From NCBI GenBank assembly GCA_964016885.1, contig OZ024759.1, positions 30,442,001 to 30,506,000 on the forward strand: a stretch of DNA of 64,000 nucleotides, given 5' to 3'. This stretch comes from Eledone cirrhosa. Lineage: Eukaryota. Below, one piece after another: positions 11,880 to 26,365 of the stretch (position 1 is the stretch's first letter; each line of letters opens with the position of its first letter). Position numbers and translations under genes: made by a program. The notes under the pieces are model-generated. The model did no database searches and was not told where the DNA came from. It worked only from the letters and a program-made list of their open reading frames with translations.

Positions 11880-12182
11880 ATTAATAAAAACAATGAAATA
11901 AAAACAAAGAACAAGTTCCTTATATTAAAAAATTCATCATTTTACGATCGTTTCTGGGATGTATATGTGTGTTGGTATGTATATCATATAGATCTATGTA
12001 AAAATATTACAAATTATTAGAGGAAATATACATACCTTCACATATACATGCCATCCTCATCTACATATATATATATAAATCTGTTATTTTAATAAATATT
12101 TTCTCTACGGTTCTTATATATCTGATATATATTCATACTTATCGAGCCCTCTTTCGATTTTAGTCTTCAAATTTATTATTAT

Positions 12183-12231
<49 letters not shown>

Positions 12232-12587
12232 GATAAATCTACCAAAATATACGGTAGTGTCCAATCCGTATGAAGAACTCAATGTAATCCAAATATCATG
12301 AAAAGAGAAGATGTATTCAAAATGTTTTCGATGAAAAACACAGGAAAACAGAGTCAAGATAAATTAATAAAAACAATGAATAAAAACAAAGAAACAGTTC
12401 CTTATATTAAAAAATTCATCATTTTACGATCGTTTCTAGGATATATATATGTGTGTTGGTATGTATATCATATAGATCTATGTAAATTTTTTACAAACTA
12501 TCAGAGGGAATATACATACCTTCACATATATATGCTGCCTTCAGAAATAAGGAACTGTTTCTTTGTTTTTATTCATTATTTTTATTA

Positions 12588-12590
<3 letters not shown>
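11880..12590 (-). mobile_element. Two direct copies of a PLE-terminus-like repeat with degenerate HHR motifs, plus a terminal inverted duplication
   Basis: 11880-12060 resembles 12361-12545. Minus strand has GAAACGAUCGUA in both copies. 12547-12590 is an inverted copy of 12361-12405. Confidence 0.65.
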
Positions 12591-12643
<53 letters not shown>

Positions 12644-12848
12644 GTAAATAAGACCGTTATTGCTTCAATCTGTCCACAAGACACTTAGTAAACACCCTAT
12701 ACCGAATGCCAACCTGCACTCATGACATTTTCTAAACCAACCCGTGACCCACCCTCCGAATTCGGACTACCCACCTTCTCAAACTAGGCAAACCGAACAC
12801 GGACCCAAACACCCCTCACTTGATATTCTAAGTCACTTATAACCTATA

Positions 12849-13330
12849 TATGTGTGTCCTGTTCACACACTAGATATACTAACACACTGTGTATGTGTTG
12901 TGTTCACACACTAGATATTATAACACACTGTGTATGTGTTGTGTTCACACACTAGATATTATAACCCACTGTATATGTGTTGTGTTCACACACTAGATAT
13001 CATAACACACTGCGTATGTGTTGTGTTCACACACTAGATATCATAACACACTATGTATGTGTTGTGTTCACACACTAGATATTATAACACACAGTGTATG
13101 TGTTGTGTTCACACACTAGATATCATAACACACTGCGTATGTGTTGTGTTCACACACTAGATATCATAACACACTATGTATGTGTTGTGTTCACACACTA
13201 GATATTATAACACACTGTGTATGTGTTGTGTTCACACACTAGATATTATAACACACTGTATATGTGTTGTGTTCACACACTAGATATTCTAACACACTAT
13301 GTTCAAACACTAGATATTTTAACACACTTA
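12849..13330. repeat. 41-bp minisatellite (~11 copies)
   Basis: Unit TGTTCACACACTAGATATTATAACACACTGTGTATGTGTTG. Confidence 0.95.
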
Positions 13331-13841
13331 GAAACTATAAATCTATTGTAAACACTCACCACAGCTCTTCTAACACACTTACAGACTATATATATGTTTT
13401 GTGTTCACTCACTCTATATTCTGACACACTTAGTAACTATATATGAATTCTGTGATTCCGCATTATAAATTCTAACACATATTTGACAGCATGGCGACGT
13501 GGCTGGTTTGTTCGCTCTCTAAAACTGGCGGTGTTTCCCAGGTATTGCTCAATCAATTACTTTAAATTACCTTTCTGCTATATCAATATTATACCTATAT
13601 TGATTATTTTCTATATACATCATCGATATTCTGTCTAGTAATCCTGATTCTATGTCATTGTCATATTGGACGGCAAACTTCCAAAGAACTTGCGTGAATA
13701 GCTTAAATTCGATTTCGTATATTCAGTCAAAGGGAGCAAAATCGATGAATTCCATGATCTTTGTAGGCTTCCACACACAAGATCGAACGATGTGATTGAT
13801 GAGCAGGTCAATATCTTTCATTTTCTTTCACTCTTTAATTG

Positions 13842-14075
13842 TTTTACTGGTTTTAATCATTAACCTACGACCATGCTGGGACACCAAACACTTTTACTGT
13901 TTTCAGTCATTAACCTGCGGCCATGCCGAGGCCCCAAATTATTTTACTGGTTTCAGTCATTAACCTACGACCATACTGGGGCACCTATCTGTTTTACTGG
14001 TTTAAGCCAATAACCTACGACCATACTGGGGCACCAAACTCTTTTACTTGTTCCAGTCATTAACCTGCGGCTAGT
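13842..14075. repeat. 50-bp tandem repeat (~5 copies), probably SINE-end derived
   Basis: TTTTACTGGTTTCAGTCATTAACCTACGACCATACTGGGGCACC variants at a 50-bp period. Confidence 0.85.
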
Positions 14076-14274
14076 CTCAGTACCTACTTTTAAATGTATG
14101 TATGTATGTATGTATGTATGTATGTATGTATGTATGTATGTATCTATGTGCGTATGTATGTATGTATGTATGTATGTATGTATGTATGTATGTATGTATG
14201 TATGTGTGTATATGTGTATGTATGTATGTATGTAGTTATGTATGTATATATATGTATGCATGTATTTATGTACG

Positions 14275-14336
<62 letters not shown>

Positions 14337-14899
14337 CATGTGTGTATGTGTATATATGTATGCATGTAAGTGTGTGTGTATTAGGTATATATATATATGT
14401 GTATGTATGTATGCATTCATCTTTATATGTATATATGTATGCATGCATCTATATATGTATATATGTATGCATGCACGTATTTAGTTATATATGTATGTAT
14501 GTAAGTATCTCTATATATATATGTGTGTGTATGTGTATGTAATTGCACCACAAACAGTCAGTTCCCATTATACGTATATCACACACAATACCAGTATGTG
14601 TGTAAATAGTATTTCTTTATATTTAAATATTGAAAATTATGATACAAAGAGATCAAAGTATTGCCAAGCATTTACACATACACACACACACACATACACA
14701 CACACGCAAACACACACACACCTATATATATATATACATGACGTCATACCAATTAGGACAGTTTTGATCTATTAAGTGACTTTTTTGGCATCTTTAATGA
14801 GTTATCTCGCTGTTATTTGTTTGACTATTTCACTTGGAACAAAATGAAATATTCAGGTGTAGGTAGACATATAAGCCTATATACGCATACATACATGCG

Positions 14900-14931
<32 letters not shown>

Positions 14932-15184
14932 TAAACGGAATAGAAAATGCTGACAAATTGTTCACAGTTGAAAAATGGTTTAATTAGGAATAAAAGAGTA
15001 TTAGTGATTGTATGGGTTAGTATTCAGTTGTGGTTTTAAGTTTTTAAGTTTTTACCGGTTGCGCATTTCTAAATGCTTTTCAAAAATAATTTTGAGATAG
15101 AGTGTCCGTGCTGTTTGCTCTGATCTGATTGTATGGGTTAGTATATATATATTTATTTATATATATATATATTTATATATTAGT

Positions 15185-15410
15185 TTAGCGAGGTTTTTTA
15201 TATGAAATCGTGTGTCGAAACAAATATTGTTATACTTGGGGAGGGTCATATTTGTGTAATATTGCCAGAATTAATAACAGAACACACTCACTGTTTGGTT
15301 GGTTTTCGCTTCTCGCTGTCTTTTATATCTGCGATCTAACTTACTCGGTCCTCAATGTTGCCATTGACTGACCGACGGTCAAAAATAATACAGATACAAT
15401 ATAGACACAA
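15185..15410 (+). mobile_element. Unclassified interspersed repeat (family Y)
   Basis: Reverse-complement homolog at 30360-30576. Confidence 0.7.
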
Positions 15411-15677
15411 ACACATATATATAGTTTACATAATTTACATAAATCTTTCGTTGCACATCTGCAACATCGTCAGTGGTGTTATATTTTTTCCTCCTGTTGT
15501 GTTGTATGTCTACGCCATTTTTTTTATTCAGTCTCAATAAAAGAGACTGAATATGAAGTATAACAATATATATTTATATATATATATTTATATATATATT
15601 TATATATATATATATCTATATATATATATTTATACATATTTATACATATTTATACATATATATATGTATATATATAT

Positions 15678-15820
15678 AAAAGGAAAAGAATGACTTCACT
15701 CGTAGTGTTAAACAAATTTTGATTTAATGTACTAAAATTATAATATTATGAATTATAATATTATAACATTAAATCAAACATTTGTTAACACTACGAGTGA
15801 AGTCATTCTTTTCCTTTTTT
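15678..15820. repeat. Inverted repeat, ~55-bp arms
   Basis: AAAAGGAAAAGAATGACTTCACTCGTAGTGTTAA... pairs with ...TTAACACTACGAGTGAAGTCATTCTTTTCCTTTT. Confidence 0.9.
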
Positions 15821-15862
15821 TCAAATATACCTAACTGTACCAAGGATCTCACACATTTTCCA

Positions 15863-15893
<31 letters not shown>

Positions 15894-15902
15894 CATATTT
15901 CA

Positions 15903-15959
<57 letters not shown>

Positions 15960-16102
15960 ATATATATATAAATATGCATATATATATATATATATATAAA
16001 AATATGTATACATATATGTATATATATACAAATATATATATCAATATATACATACGTATGTAAATCTATATATAAATATATAGCAATTTATATAAATGTA
16101 TT

Positions 16103-16157
<55 letters not shown>

Positions 16158-16171
16158 TTTGTAATATATAT

Positions 16172-16303
16172 CGCATGATGGCCCTTTACGTTCTGTTTTC
16201 AAAAACCGTCGAGCTTTTCATCCTTACGGGGGTCGTTAAAATAAAGTACCAGTAATACATTGGGATATTTGCTGGCCTTGTGCCAAAAGTAGAAACAATT
16301 ATT
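16172..16303 (+). mobile_element. Partial family A SINE
   Basis: Core CTTTTCATCCTTACGGGGGTCG and tail GCTGGCCTTGTGCCAAAAGTAGAAACAATT. Confidence 0.8.
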
Positions 16304-16701
16304 AAGCAGCCGTTTCGAACATGATTTAACAAAGATTCTTATTCTGACGTCAAACTACGGTGGAAACTTTTTAAGATAATTATAAACACATTGAAATAAA
16401 CGGTTCTGAATGAGAGAAACAGATTCCAGCTCGGTTTGCTATCAAAGAGGATACTTAAATAACCTTAATTTGACATTAATCCAACTCATTTCACATTGTA
16501 TATTTACTGCAGACCTTTCTAACACTAAATATCGTCTCCTAGGTTCACCATTTTGTTTTTCGTTTTTACTTTACTTTTTTTTTTAATATTTTATTTTTAT
16601 TTTATTTTGTTTTCTTTTTTACATTGTATATTTACAGCAGACCTTTCTAACACTGAATATCGACTCCCAGATCAACCATTTTGGTTTTTGTTTTTATTTT
16701 A

Positions 16702-16733
<32 letters not shown>

Positions 16734-17444
16734 TTTATTTTTTTTTTATATTTTTTTTATATTTTTTTTATTTTATTTTATTTTATTTTATTTTATTTTA
16801 TTTTATTTTATTTTATTTTATTTCATTTTCATATCTTTTAAAAAATATTTATCTATTTTTGTTTTATTTCACGTTCCAAGCCACCATTTTCTGCCAAAAA
16901 AAAAAAAAATAGGTTTCCAGCCTCTTTTCTATTTCTTAACATCTATAGGTTCAGCAATTGACCTTTTTTTTTAAATACAAATTTCTAATCGATAATCAAT
17001 ACATGGCTAGCTTGACCTTTGTCATTGGCAATATCATCAATGGATGGCTACCTTCTTATCGATGTGATCAAAGCAAATCTCACTTCCTCCTCATCTCTCA
17101 CCCACTTTTTTTCTTTGTTTGTTTGTTTCTTTTCTTCTTTGTTTACTTTCTTTGTTTCTTTCCTCTTTTTCTCTCTTTCATTCTTCCTTTCTTACTCTCT
17201 TTCTCCCTCGATCTCTTTCTTTCATTCCCCCTTTTCTCGCATTCTTTCTTTCTTTCTTTCTCGTTCGTTCTTTATTTAGTTCCCCCTTTCTCTCTTTCTC
17301 TCTTTCCTTCTTTCAAATGCCAAGATGAATATTAAACTGGAAGGTCATTGGTTACACCTTAATACACTCGATGTTACAACAACAACATTAACAACATTAT
17401 CAACACCATTATCACAATTATCACGACGACCAACATCACCATCA

Positions 17445-18120
17445 TCATCATTTCCTTTGCCATCACCATCACCACTACCACCACCATTAACTTCGCCATC
17501 ACCATCACCACTACCATCACCATTAACTTTGCCATCACCATCACCACTACCATCACTATTTCCTTCGCCATCTCCATCACCATTACCTTCGCCATCACCA
17601 TCACCACTACCATCACCATTAACTTCGCCATCACCATCACCACTACCATCACCATTAACTTCGCCATCACCATCACCACTACCATCACCATTAACTTCGC
17701 CATCACCATCACCACTACCATCACCATTACCTTCGCCATCACCATCACCACTACCATCACCATTAACTTCGCCATCACCATCACCACTACCATCACCATT
17801 TCCTTCGCCATCACCATCACCACTACCATCACCATTAACTTCGCCATCTCCATCACCATTACCTTCGCCATCACCATCACCACTACCATCACCATTACCT
17901 TCGCCATCACCATCACCACTACCATCACCATTACCTTCGCCATCACCATCACCATTACCTTCGCCACCACCATCACCACTACCATCACCATTTCCTTCGC
18001 CATCACCATCACCACTACCATCACCATTACCTTCGCCATCACCATCACCATTACCTTCGCCACCACCATCACCACTACCATCACCATTACCTTCGCCATC
18101 ACCACCACCACCATTACCAA
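17445..18120. repeat. 36-bp ACC/ATC minisatellite
   Basis: Unit CCATCACCATCACCACTACCATCACCATTAACTTCG and variants. Confidence 0.92.
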
Positions 18121-19669
18121 CAATGTCAGTATCGTCATCATCACCATAAACAGCGTTATAACCAGTACCATTACACTATTATCACCAACATCGCTTACAC
18201 CACCAGCAACACAACAAAATGACAACACAATGACACCACCACCACCACCACCACAACAACAACAAACCTACTACCAACTCCGCCACCAACAATAATGACA
18301 ACAACAACGCCACCACCATAACCACCACCAACACAACAGCAATAACAAGTCTAGCACCATCACCACTAACACAATAACCATACCATTGTCATATTGCACA
18401 ACAACAACAACACAAGTGCCACAACAACAACAACTACAAGAACGACAGTACCAGTACCACACCAACAACACCACCACTACCACCACCACAACAACAACTA
18501 CAAGAACGACAGTACCACACCAACAACACCACCACTGCCACCACCACCACCACAACAACAACAACTACAAGAACGCCAGTACCAGTACCACACCAACAAC
18601 AACAACACCACCACTACCACCACAACAACCATACGATTGTCATATTCCACAACAACAACAACAACACAAGTGCCACAACAACAACAACTACAAGAACGCC
18701 AGTACCAGTACCACACCAACAACAACAACACCACCACTACCACACACAACAACCATACGATTGTCATATTCAACAACAACAACAACACCATTGTCACATT
18801 CCCACATTGTAGGTTAAGAAAATAACGAAAATATCGGATGGCAGTGATTCTATGACATATTGTGTTGTTGTTACTGTTGTTCTTGTTACAGTTGCTGTTG
18901 TTGTTGTTGGTGAAGGTGTATATGTGTGGTAAGTGATGTGAAGGTGATGGTGGTGTAGCTAATGATGTAGGTGATGGTGGAGGTGGTGATGATTTAGGTA
19001 ATAATGGAGGTGGTGATGAAGGTGGAGGTGATGTAGGGGTAATAATGTAGTTGATGTTGGAGGCGGCGATGGTGTAGGTAAGGTGGTGTTGTTGATGGTG
19101 GAGGTGGAGGTGATGGTATAGGAGGTGGAGGTGGTGTAGCTAATGATAAAGGTGAGGCAGGTGATGATGGAGGTGGTGGTGATGAAGGTAATGATGTAGG
19201 TGGTGGTGTTGGTGATGGTGCGACGTTGAGGGTGATGGTTGTGGTGGTGGAGGTGGTGGTGGAAGTGCTGTAGTTGATGGTGGTGTAGGTGAAGGTGATG
19301 GTGGTAGTGTAGGTGATGGTGGAGGTGCTGCAGGTGATGCTAGTGGATGTGGTGGTGGAGGTGGGGGAGGTGATTATATCTTCTATATATTATATATTTA
19401 AATATTCATCATTAACCTCAATGGAAACTAATTTAAAAAACAAATAACGTTGGTCTCCAGAGAAATACTCCTGAGAAATCGATATGATTGAACACAATTA
19501 GAAATAAAGGGATGTATTTAAGAAATACGCAAATACATACATACATATATACATACATACATACATACATATATTCATACATATACATACATACATACAT
19601 GTACAGATAGATATATACGTACATTCATATGTACATACACACATACTTATATACAGACATACACCAATG

Positions 19670-19719
<50 letters not shown>

Positions 19720-19925
19720 CATACAAGCGCACACATAGATATATACACACATACACAAACATATACACATACACAGATATACACACATATCCACACACAC
19801 AGCGTTCCAAGGTCTATTATGACCCTAATAGAGGTGAATAATTTACAAAAGTGCCTGCCATGTTATTAGCGACAATGTTGACTACCTAAATAAGGAATTT
19901 TCCAGGTGTTATATATTTTAATTGG

Positions 19926-19965
<40 letters not shown>

Positions 19966-20024
19966 GTATATATATATATGTATGTATATATATATATGTA
20001 TATATATATATATGTATGTATATA

Positions 20025-20071
<47 letters not shown>

Positions 20072-20148
20072 GTGTGTATATATATATGTATATAAATGTA
20101 CTTATATATATATATATATATGTATGTATATATATATATATATGTATG

Positions 20149-20179
<31 letters not shown>

Positions 20180-20224
20180 GTATGTATATATATATATGTA
20201 TGTATATATATATATATATATATG

Positions 20225-20289
<65 letters not shown>

Positions 20290-20318
20290 GTATATATAAA
20301 TATATATATATATATATG

Positions 20319-20411
<93 letters not shown>

Positions 20412-20865
20412 TTAGGTATTTCCACAATTATTATTAACGAAACATCCAAACAAACGTCTATTATGTCTGTTATATATACAAACTGAGTATTGTGCCTCCT
20501 ACGACAGACAGCTTGTAGTATACATACATATGTAGATATGGCTGTGCCCCAGCATGGTCACAGCCCCTCGTCTGGAACAGAAATAAATAAGTAAATGTAC
20601 GTATTACAGGAAGACGTCCTTATACGTATAAGATTTCCTAACAGACGTTGATCAAAACAACTCTTTGACCAATTCGTAATTAGTTATTTAATTGACAAGG
20701 AGATTCAGATTAATGTGTGTATTCTATAAGAGACTATATTTCCTGATTACACACATACATACATATACACACGCCCACACACACATACAAACACACATAC
20801 ATAAATATATATATATATTTATTTATATATATATACACACATATATATATATAAGTGTGTATGTA

Positions 20866-20904
<39 letters not shown>

Positions 20905-20976
20905 ATATCGCAAAACTAATATATACACATATATATATATATATATATACAATATATATATACATATGTATATACG

Positions 20977-21008
<32 letters not shown>

Positions 21009-21023
21009 CATATCTATATACAC

Positions 21024-21063
<40 letters not shown>

Positions 21064-21089
21064 GTACATATATATATATACATATATAT

Positions 21090-21154
<65 letters not shown>

Positions 21155-21444
21155 CAGACACGCCCGGATACACATACGCACACGCCCACACACCTACACA
21201 CACACACATACACATACATATATATATATATATATTTATCATGATGGATACAGTAAGACACTGGTTAGATCATTACTCATGTGGGGGCTGTTGTTATTTT
21301 TTGTACATTGAATAAAGCCTCTTAGCGACGGTATAATTTACCTATAATTAATATAAGAGTTGCTAATTACCTGGTATTCTTTATAATATTCCTTAAAAAG
21401 TATCTCTCCTCTTTACCGTTCTTCTAAAAGTTTAAAATTTCTCT

Positions 21445-21965
21445 CAAGCCCGAGGGATCACCAGGCTGGTTCTTGTCCCAGTTTCTGTTATGTGAAGTGA
21501 CTGAGAGTACACTACTTCCCCCGGACAAGACGCCAGTCCATCACAGAGATATAGTCCGTCACATGTCCGAGGGCTCAGCAGACCGGTTCTTATCTCCGTG
21601 TCTGTGGTGTAAAGTGACTGAGAGTACAACACTACCCCCTGGATAAGACGCCAGTCCATCACAGAGCTAATGTGTGTCTCAAGTCCGGCGGCTTATCCGG
21701 CCAGTGCTTATTCAGGTTTCTGTGGCGTTAAGCAACTGAAGTCTGAGAGTACAAGACTTCCCCCGGAGAAGACACCAGTCTCTCACAGGGTTAAAGTCTC
21801 TCCCAAGCTCGGAGCTCATCAAGCCAGTTCTTATCCCAATTTCTGTGGCATTAAGCGACTGAGTGTATAAGGCTTCCCCCGGACAGGACACCAATCCATT
21901 GCAGGGTTAAAGTCTGTTTTCAATCCTGGGTGCTCATCAGGACACCAGTCCATCACAGGGTTAAA
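21445..21965 (-). repeat. ~119-bp tandem array (4-5 diverged units) of a SINE 3' region resembling the V-domain
   Basis: Units start at ~21445, 21563, 21680, 21804 and 21921. Minus strand has motifs such as CTGTGATGGACTGGCGTCTTGTCCGGGG. Confidence 0.7.
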
Positions 21966-22719
21966 CGCCCACCACTCTCCCATCGCCACCAACCTCTACT
22001 GTTGATGATACTCAATTTTCAGCTGAGTATACTGAAACAACAATGGATGTTATTAACAGTGACAGAGACAATTGGAATCATTGCTATCTGGGTTATCAGA
22101 CAACGGCGATATTTACGAAATATTTGTGTTGTATTCAGAAATGTTTATACAGCCAAGATAAATAGTTGACTCGGATTTTTCTTTCTTCTTCGTTAAATCG
22201 TTTGGTCAATAAGCAGAAATAACGAGAAGAAAAGAAATTAAGAGAGACAATAGACCGGTTTATTACTATTACATACAATCAAATCATTGTCTTAGCCTCT
22301 GATATCACTAAAATATACCCTAATTGAATACATATTCCGAAATAAACCCAAACATGTTATCGAGTAAGGAACGTGTCTGCGAGGATTGCTCTGTCCATCT
22401 GGTTTATGTAAACACATTTAGTTTCAGCTGCGAATATGGTTTAGGTTAAAAGACCGTTAATGAGATAATTTCAGTTAGAGTCAGCTCTCTTTCTCTTTGA
22501 CTATACATCAGTCACGTAGTTGTCTTATTGAAGTAAAAGAGAGATTCCTTAGAACCATTGTGATACACAGAGAACTGTCATATAAAATAGATTTATGTAA
22601 AGCAGAGATCTTTATACATGCATCCATAAATAGATGCATACATACATACATTCAGAAGTGCATGCACGTTAATATATAGGTACATATTCATTTGCATATA
22701 CCCAAATATGCGCCGAGAG

Positions 22720-22786
<67 letters not shown>

Positions 22787-22936
22787 TAAACACGCACGCA
22801 GAGGAACTGGCATCCACACATTTATACACACATAGATATATAGGCACAATCCCTCTCACAAGTTCACAAACACACACACAGAGGCATCCAAACTTATACA
22901 TATACACACACACACAGACACATACTCATCGAAATA

Positions 22937-22988
<52 letters not shown>

Positions 22989-23767
22989 ATACAATCATAT
23001 ACACATATACGCAGACACACACGCACATATACTCAGACAAGCATCTCCACGACACAACCACACACATACACAGACACATACCCCCACCCCACAACCACAC
23101 ACACATATATATATACTCAGACAAATGCACCCATCGCACAACCACACACATATACTCAGACAAAAAACCCCACCACACAACCACACACATATATATATAT
23201 ATACTCAGACAAATGCACCCATCACACAACCACACACACACATATATATATATATATACTCAGACAAATACCCCCACCACACAACCATATATACATATAC
23301 TCAGAAAAACATCTCCTCCACATAACCACACACACACACATATATACTGAGACAAACATCTCCACGACACACACACAGACACAAATATCAGCTCGCTATT
23401 ATTGGACTGGCTTCTATGCTGTGAAATGCAGTAACCGTTAACATTAGTTTAATATTATCAAATGTGACACGATGGAAATTGATACTGATTTCACAGAACC
23501 TTCGTTTCGGCTGTACCTTCCATTACACATTTTGCTTGTGCCTTCCATTACACATTTTGCTTATGCCTTCCATTATATATTCTCCATAGAGCTTAACAGA
23601 TTTTTTCCCCCGAAAGGTATACTGCAGTAAATAGTAAAATAAATCGCATTACATTTATATCTTCTCTCATTCACTGTTTCTCTCTACACACAGAATAAAT
23701 ATTTATAGTTAAGTCAGCGTTAATCTATTATATATATATAAATATAGGCATGATTTAAAGTCAATTC

Positions 23768-24235
23768 ATGGAATCAGTGATGGAGGTATAAGTAGAAAAG
23801 GCTTCACTAAATACAACAGGTGTTTAAAATGCAAAGCTGGATATATCGATTCAGTGTAGTAGGCACATAATATACATAGTATTAAACGCAATGGTTGATA
23901 TATTGAATATGTACGGTAGGGAATATGTTGAACAACTCCATACAATAAACTTAGTATCAACATGTTAAGCTGGATATATGGAATCTGGGTGGTTGAGATA
24001 TCTTGAAAAACTACACACAACAAACAGTATTAAACGTTAAGCTGGATATTTGGTAAGTAGGTCTATTATACATATATCGTGTTATAATAACTCATTTAGC
24101 TGGTGATATAGAATCAGTGTTGTTGATATATGTAAGGAAGATCATGTTTTATACATATATAGTGTTATATTAACGCCTTTAGCTAGTATTATCGGATGAA
24201 TGTTGTAAATAAGCCCATGTATTATTGATATAGTT
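23768..24235. repeat. Old degenerate ~65-70-bp tandem repeat
   Basis: Recurrent AAGCTGGATATAT and GGAATCAGTG motifs. Confidence 0.55.
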
Positions 24236-24251
24236 TATAGAGGGCGATAGT

Positions 24252-24352
24252 TTGGTAGTATCGGTAGAGAGTTGGACATATAGTTTACATTCTGAGTTCA
24301 AATTCTGCCAAGGTTAGCTTTGTGTTTCATCCTTACGGGGCCGATAAAATAA
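24252..24352 (+). mobile_element. Partial family A SINE abutting a LINE fragment
   Basis: TTGGTAGTATCGGTAGAG...CTGAGTTCAAATTC...CATCCTTACGGGGCCGATAAAAT. Confidence 0.75.
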
Positions 24353-24354
24353 GA

Positions 24355-24727
24355 AACGTGGTTCTTTGGAGTAGCGTAGTTCGTACATGAGAGAGTCACT
24401 CCGTGTAGAGTCGCTACTTCTGAGAATTGAAAGATCATAGCTCCGACACTGTGGTCATGTGGCTAGAATGTCTCAGGAAAGAATCGCTGGACAGACTTTA
24501 CTGGCAAAAGCAACCGACAAAAGACAGACACAAAAGCAAGACACCGAGCAAGCTGATCAGATAACATCCATGAGTTTAGCTGGTCATGCTTGGGGATCCA
24601 GCCGGATCAATTGGAGACAGTTGCTTCTGACAGTACCAGCTGGAAGGAGTGTTTGATGAATCTGCCTCCACGACCCTCTCTGGAATAAGTGGGCAAAGAA
24701 GAAGAAGAAGAAGAAGAAGAAGAAGAA
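24355..24727 (+). mobile_element. RTE LINE (Rex3/Expander-like) 3' fragment, second copy
   Basis: Homologous to 6340-6826. (GAA)n tail at ~24696-24727. Confidence 0.85.
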
Positions 24728-25507
24728 TGTCTTGTTAAATATGCATGTCTTGCATCCGCATCTTCATTTTCTATCCACGGAAACATAAGGGACATCAGTG
24801 AGGTCCATGATGAAATATTTCCGAAAGACATTGCAACGACACAGAGAGAAGGCAGCAGAGCCGCAGGAGTGCAGAAATAGGTCCAAGATGGTCGACATTC
24901 AATGACATCAAGTTAAAAAAAGATGTTCATAAAAAGCAAAAAGCGGTGGTTTCGAAGCAGGTTTACAGATTTCTTTAAATGTTCCAGATTTTCTAAGTTT
25001 ATCAATAATTTTATTTGTTAAATAAATTTGAAAACATTTCGAGCAAATTAATCAATAACTTGTGATTTCATTAATTAGTTTACATAATAATTGCATTCAG
25101 GCTGACAGTTTGGTGCCAATTAAACATAGAAATTCTGACTTTATCAATTATTTTATTTGTTAAATACATTTATTTAGAAAGTGTTGTGAAAATTAAACAG
25201 GAAATTGATTTATTTTTCTTTAATCTTAGGAATAAAAATGAAGCCACGATTAAGTAGTAGGAAAAGGCTCTTTATACTCAGACTGGAGAATAGAAAACTA
25301 GATTTATTTCGAAAAAATATCAAATGAAAGTAGAAGTAGATTTAGATACACACACACGTAATATATATATATATATATATTGTGTGTGTGTGTTACGTGT
25401 TTGTGTTTAAATCTACTTTGTGACCGTGCGATGAAAAATAAATGTATATATAATTTCTATCTATCTATCTATATATATTATCTAGCAATAAATAAATAAA
25501 TATATAT

Positions 25508-25778
<271 letters not shown>

Positions 25779-25965
25779 GGTGTAGGATGCTTAGAGCGTC
25801 CATAAGCGGTAGGCCGTTTGAGCACTCGATGCTCTTACAGAGCAGCGTGCCTTGAGGTGATCGCCAGAGAAACGATTGTAATATATCTAATAAATTTTAT
25901 TCGTCGCAACACTGATTCTCCGTTTCTTATGTGATATATATATATACACCCCCCCCCACACACAC

Positions 25966-26020
<55 letters not shown>

Positions 26021-26056
26021 GAGAGAGGGAGAGATGTATTTTTCTTTTTTTCTCTC

Positions 26057-26110
<54 letters not shown>

Positions 26111-26365
26111 TACATGTGTGCGTGTGTGTATACATGCGTTTGCGTGTTTGTATATGCGTATATTAGCTGTTTATATCTAGTAACATCGTTCATTTCTAAG
26201 GCGGACTACTGTCTCGTTGGTAACCACTACAAGAGTAATTAAAGAATGTTGTAAGTAGTTGACATTTGGGTCAATACTGTGAGTGCACTATTATAATAGG
26301 AAGCTGTTCGAATCATTAGGGTCACGTTTCTGTCCTTGTTACACCTAATGAATATTAAACACTGA

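Noticed and set aside
22023-22165. Possible plus-strand exon after TTTTCAG
   Set aside because: Unrecognisable peptide and no partner exons; compatible with chance.
24820-24960. Possible exon ending GAAGCAG|GTTTAC
   Set aside because: Weak splice sites and no recognisable homology.
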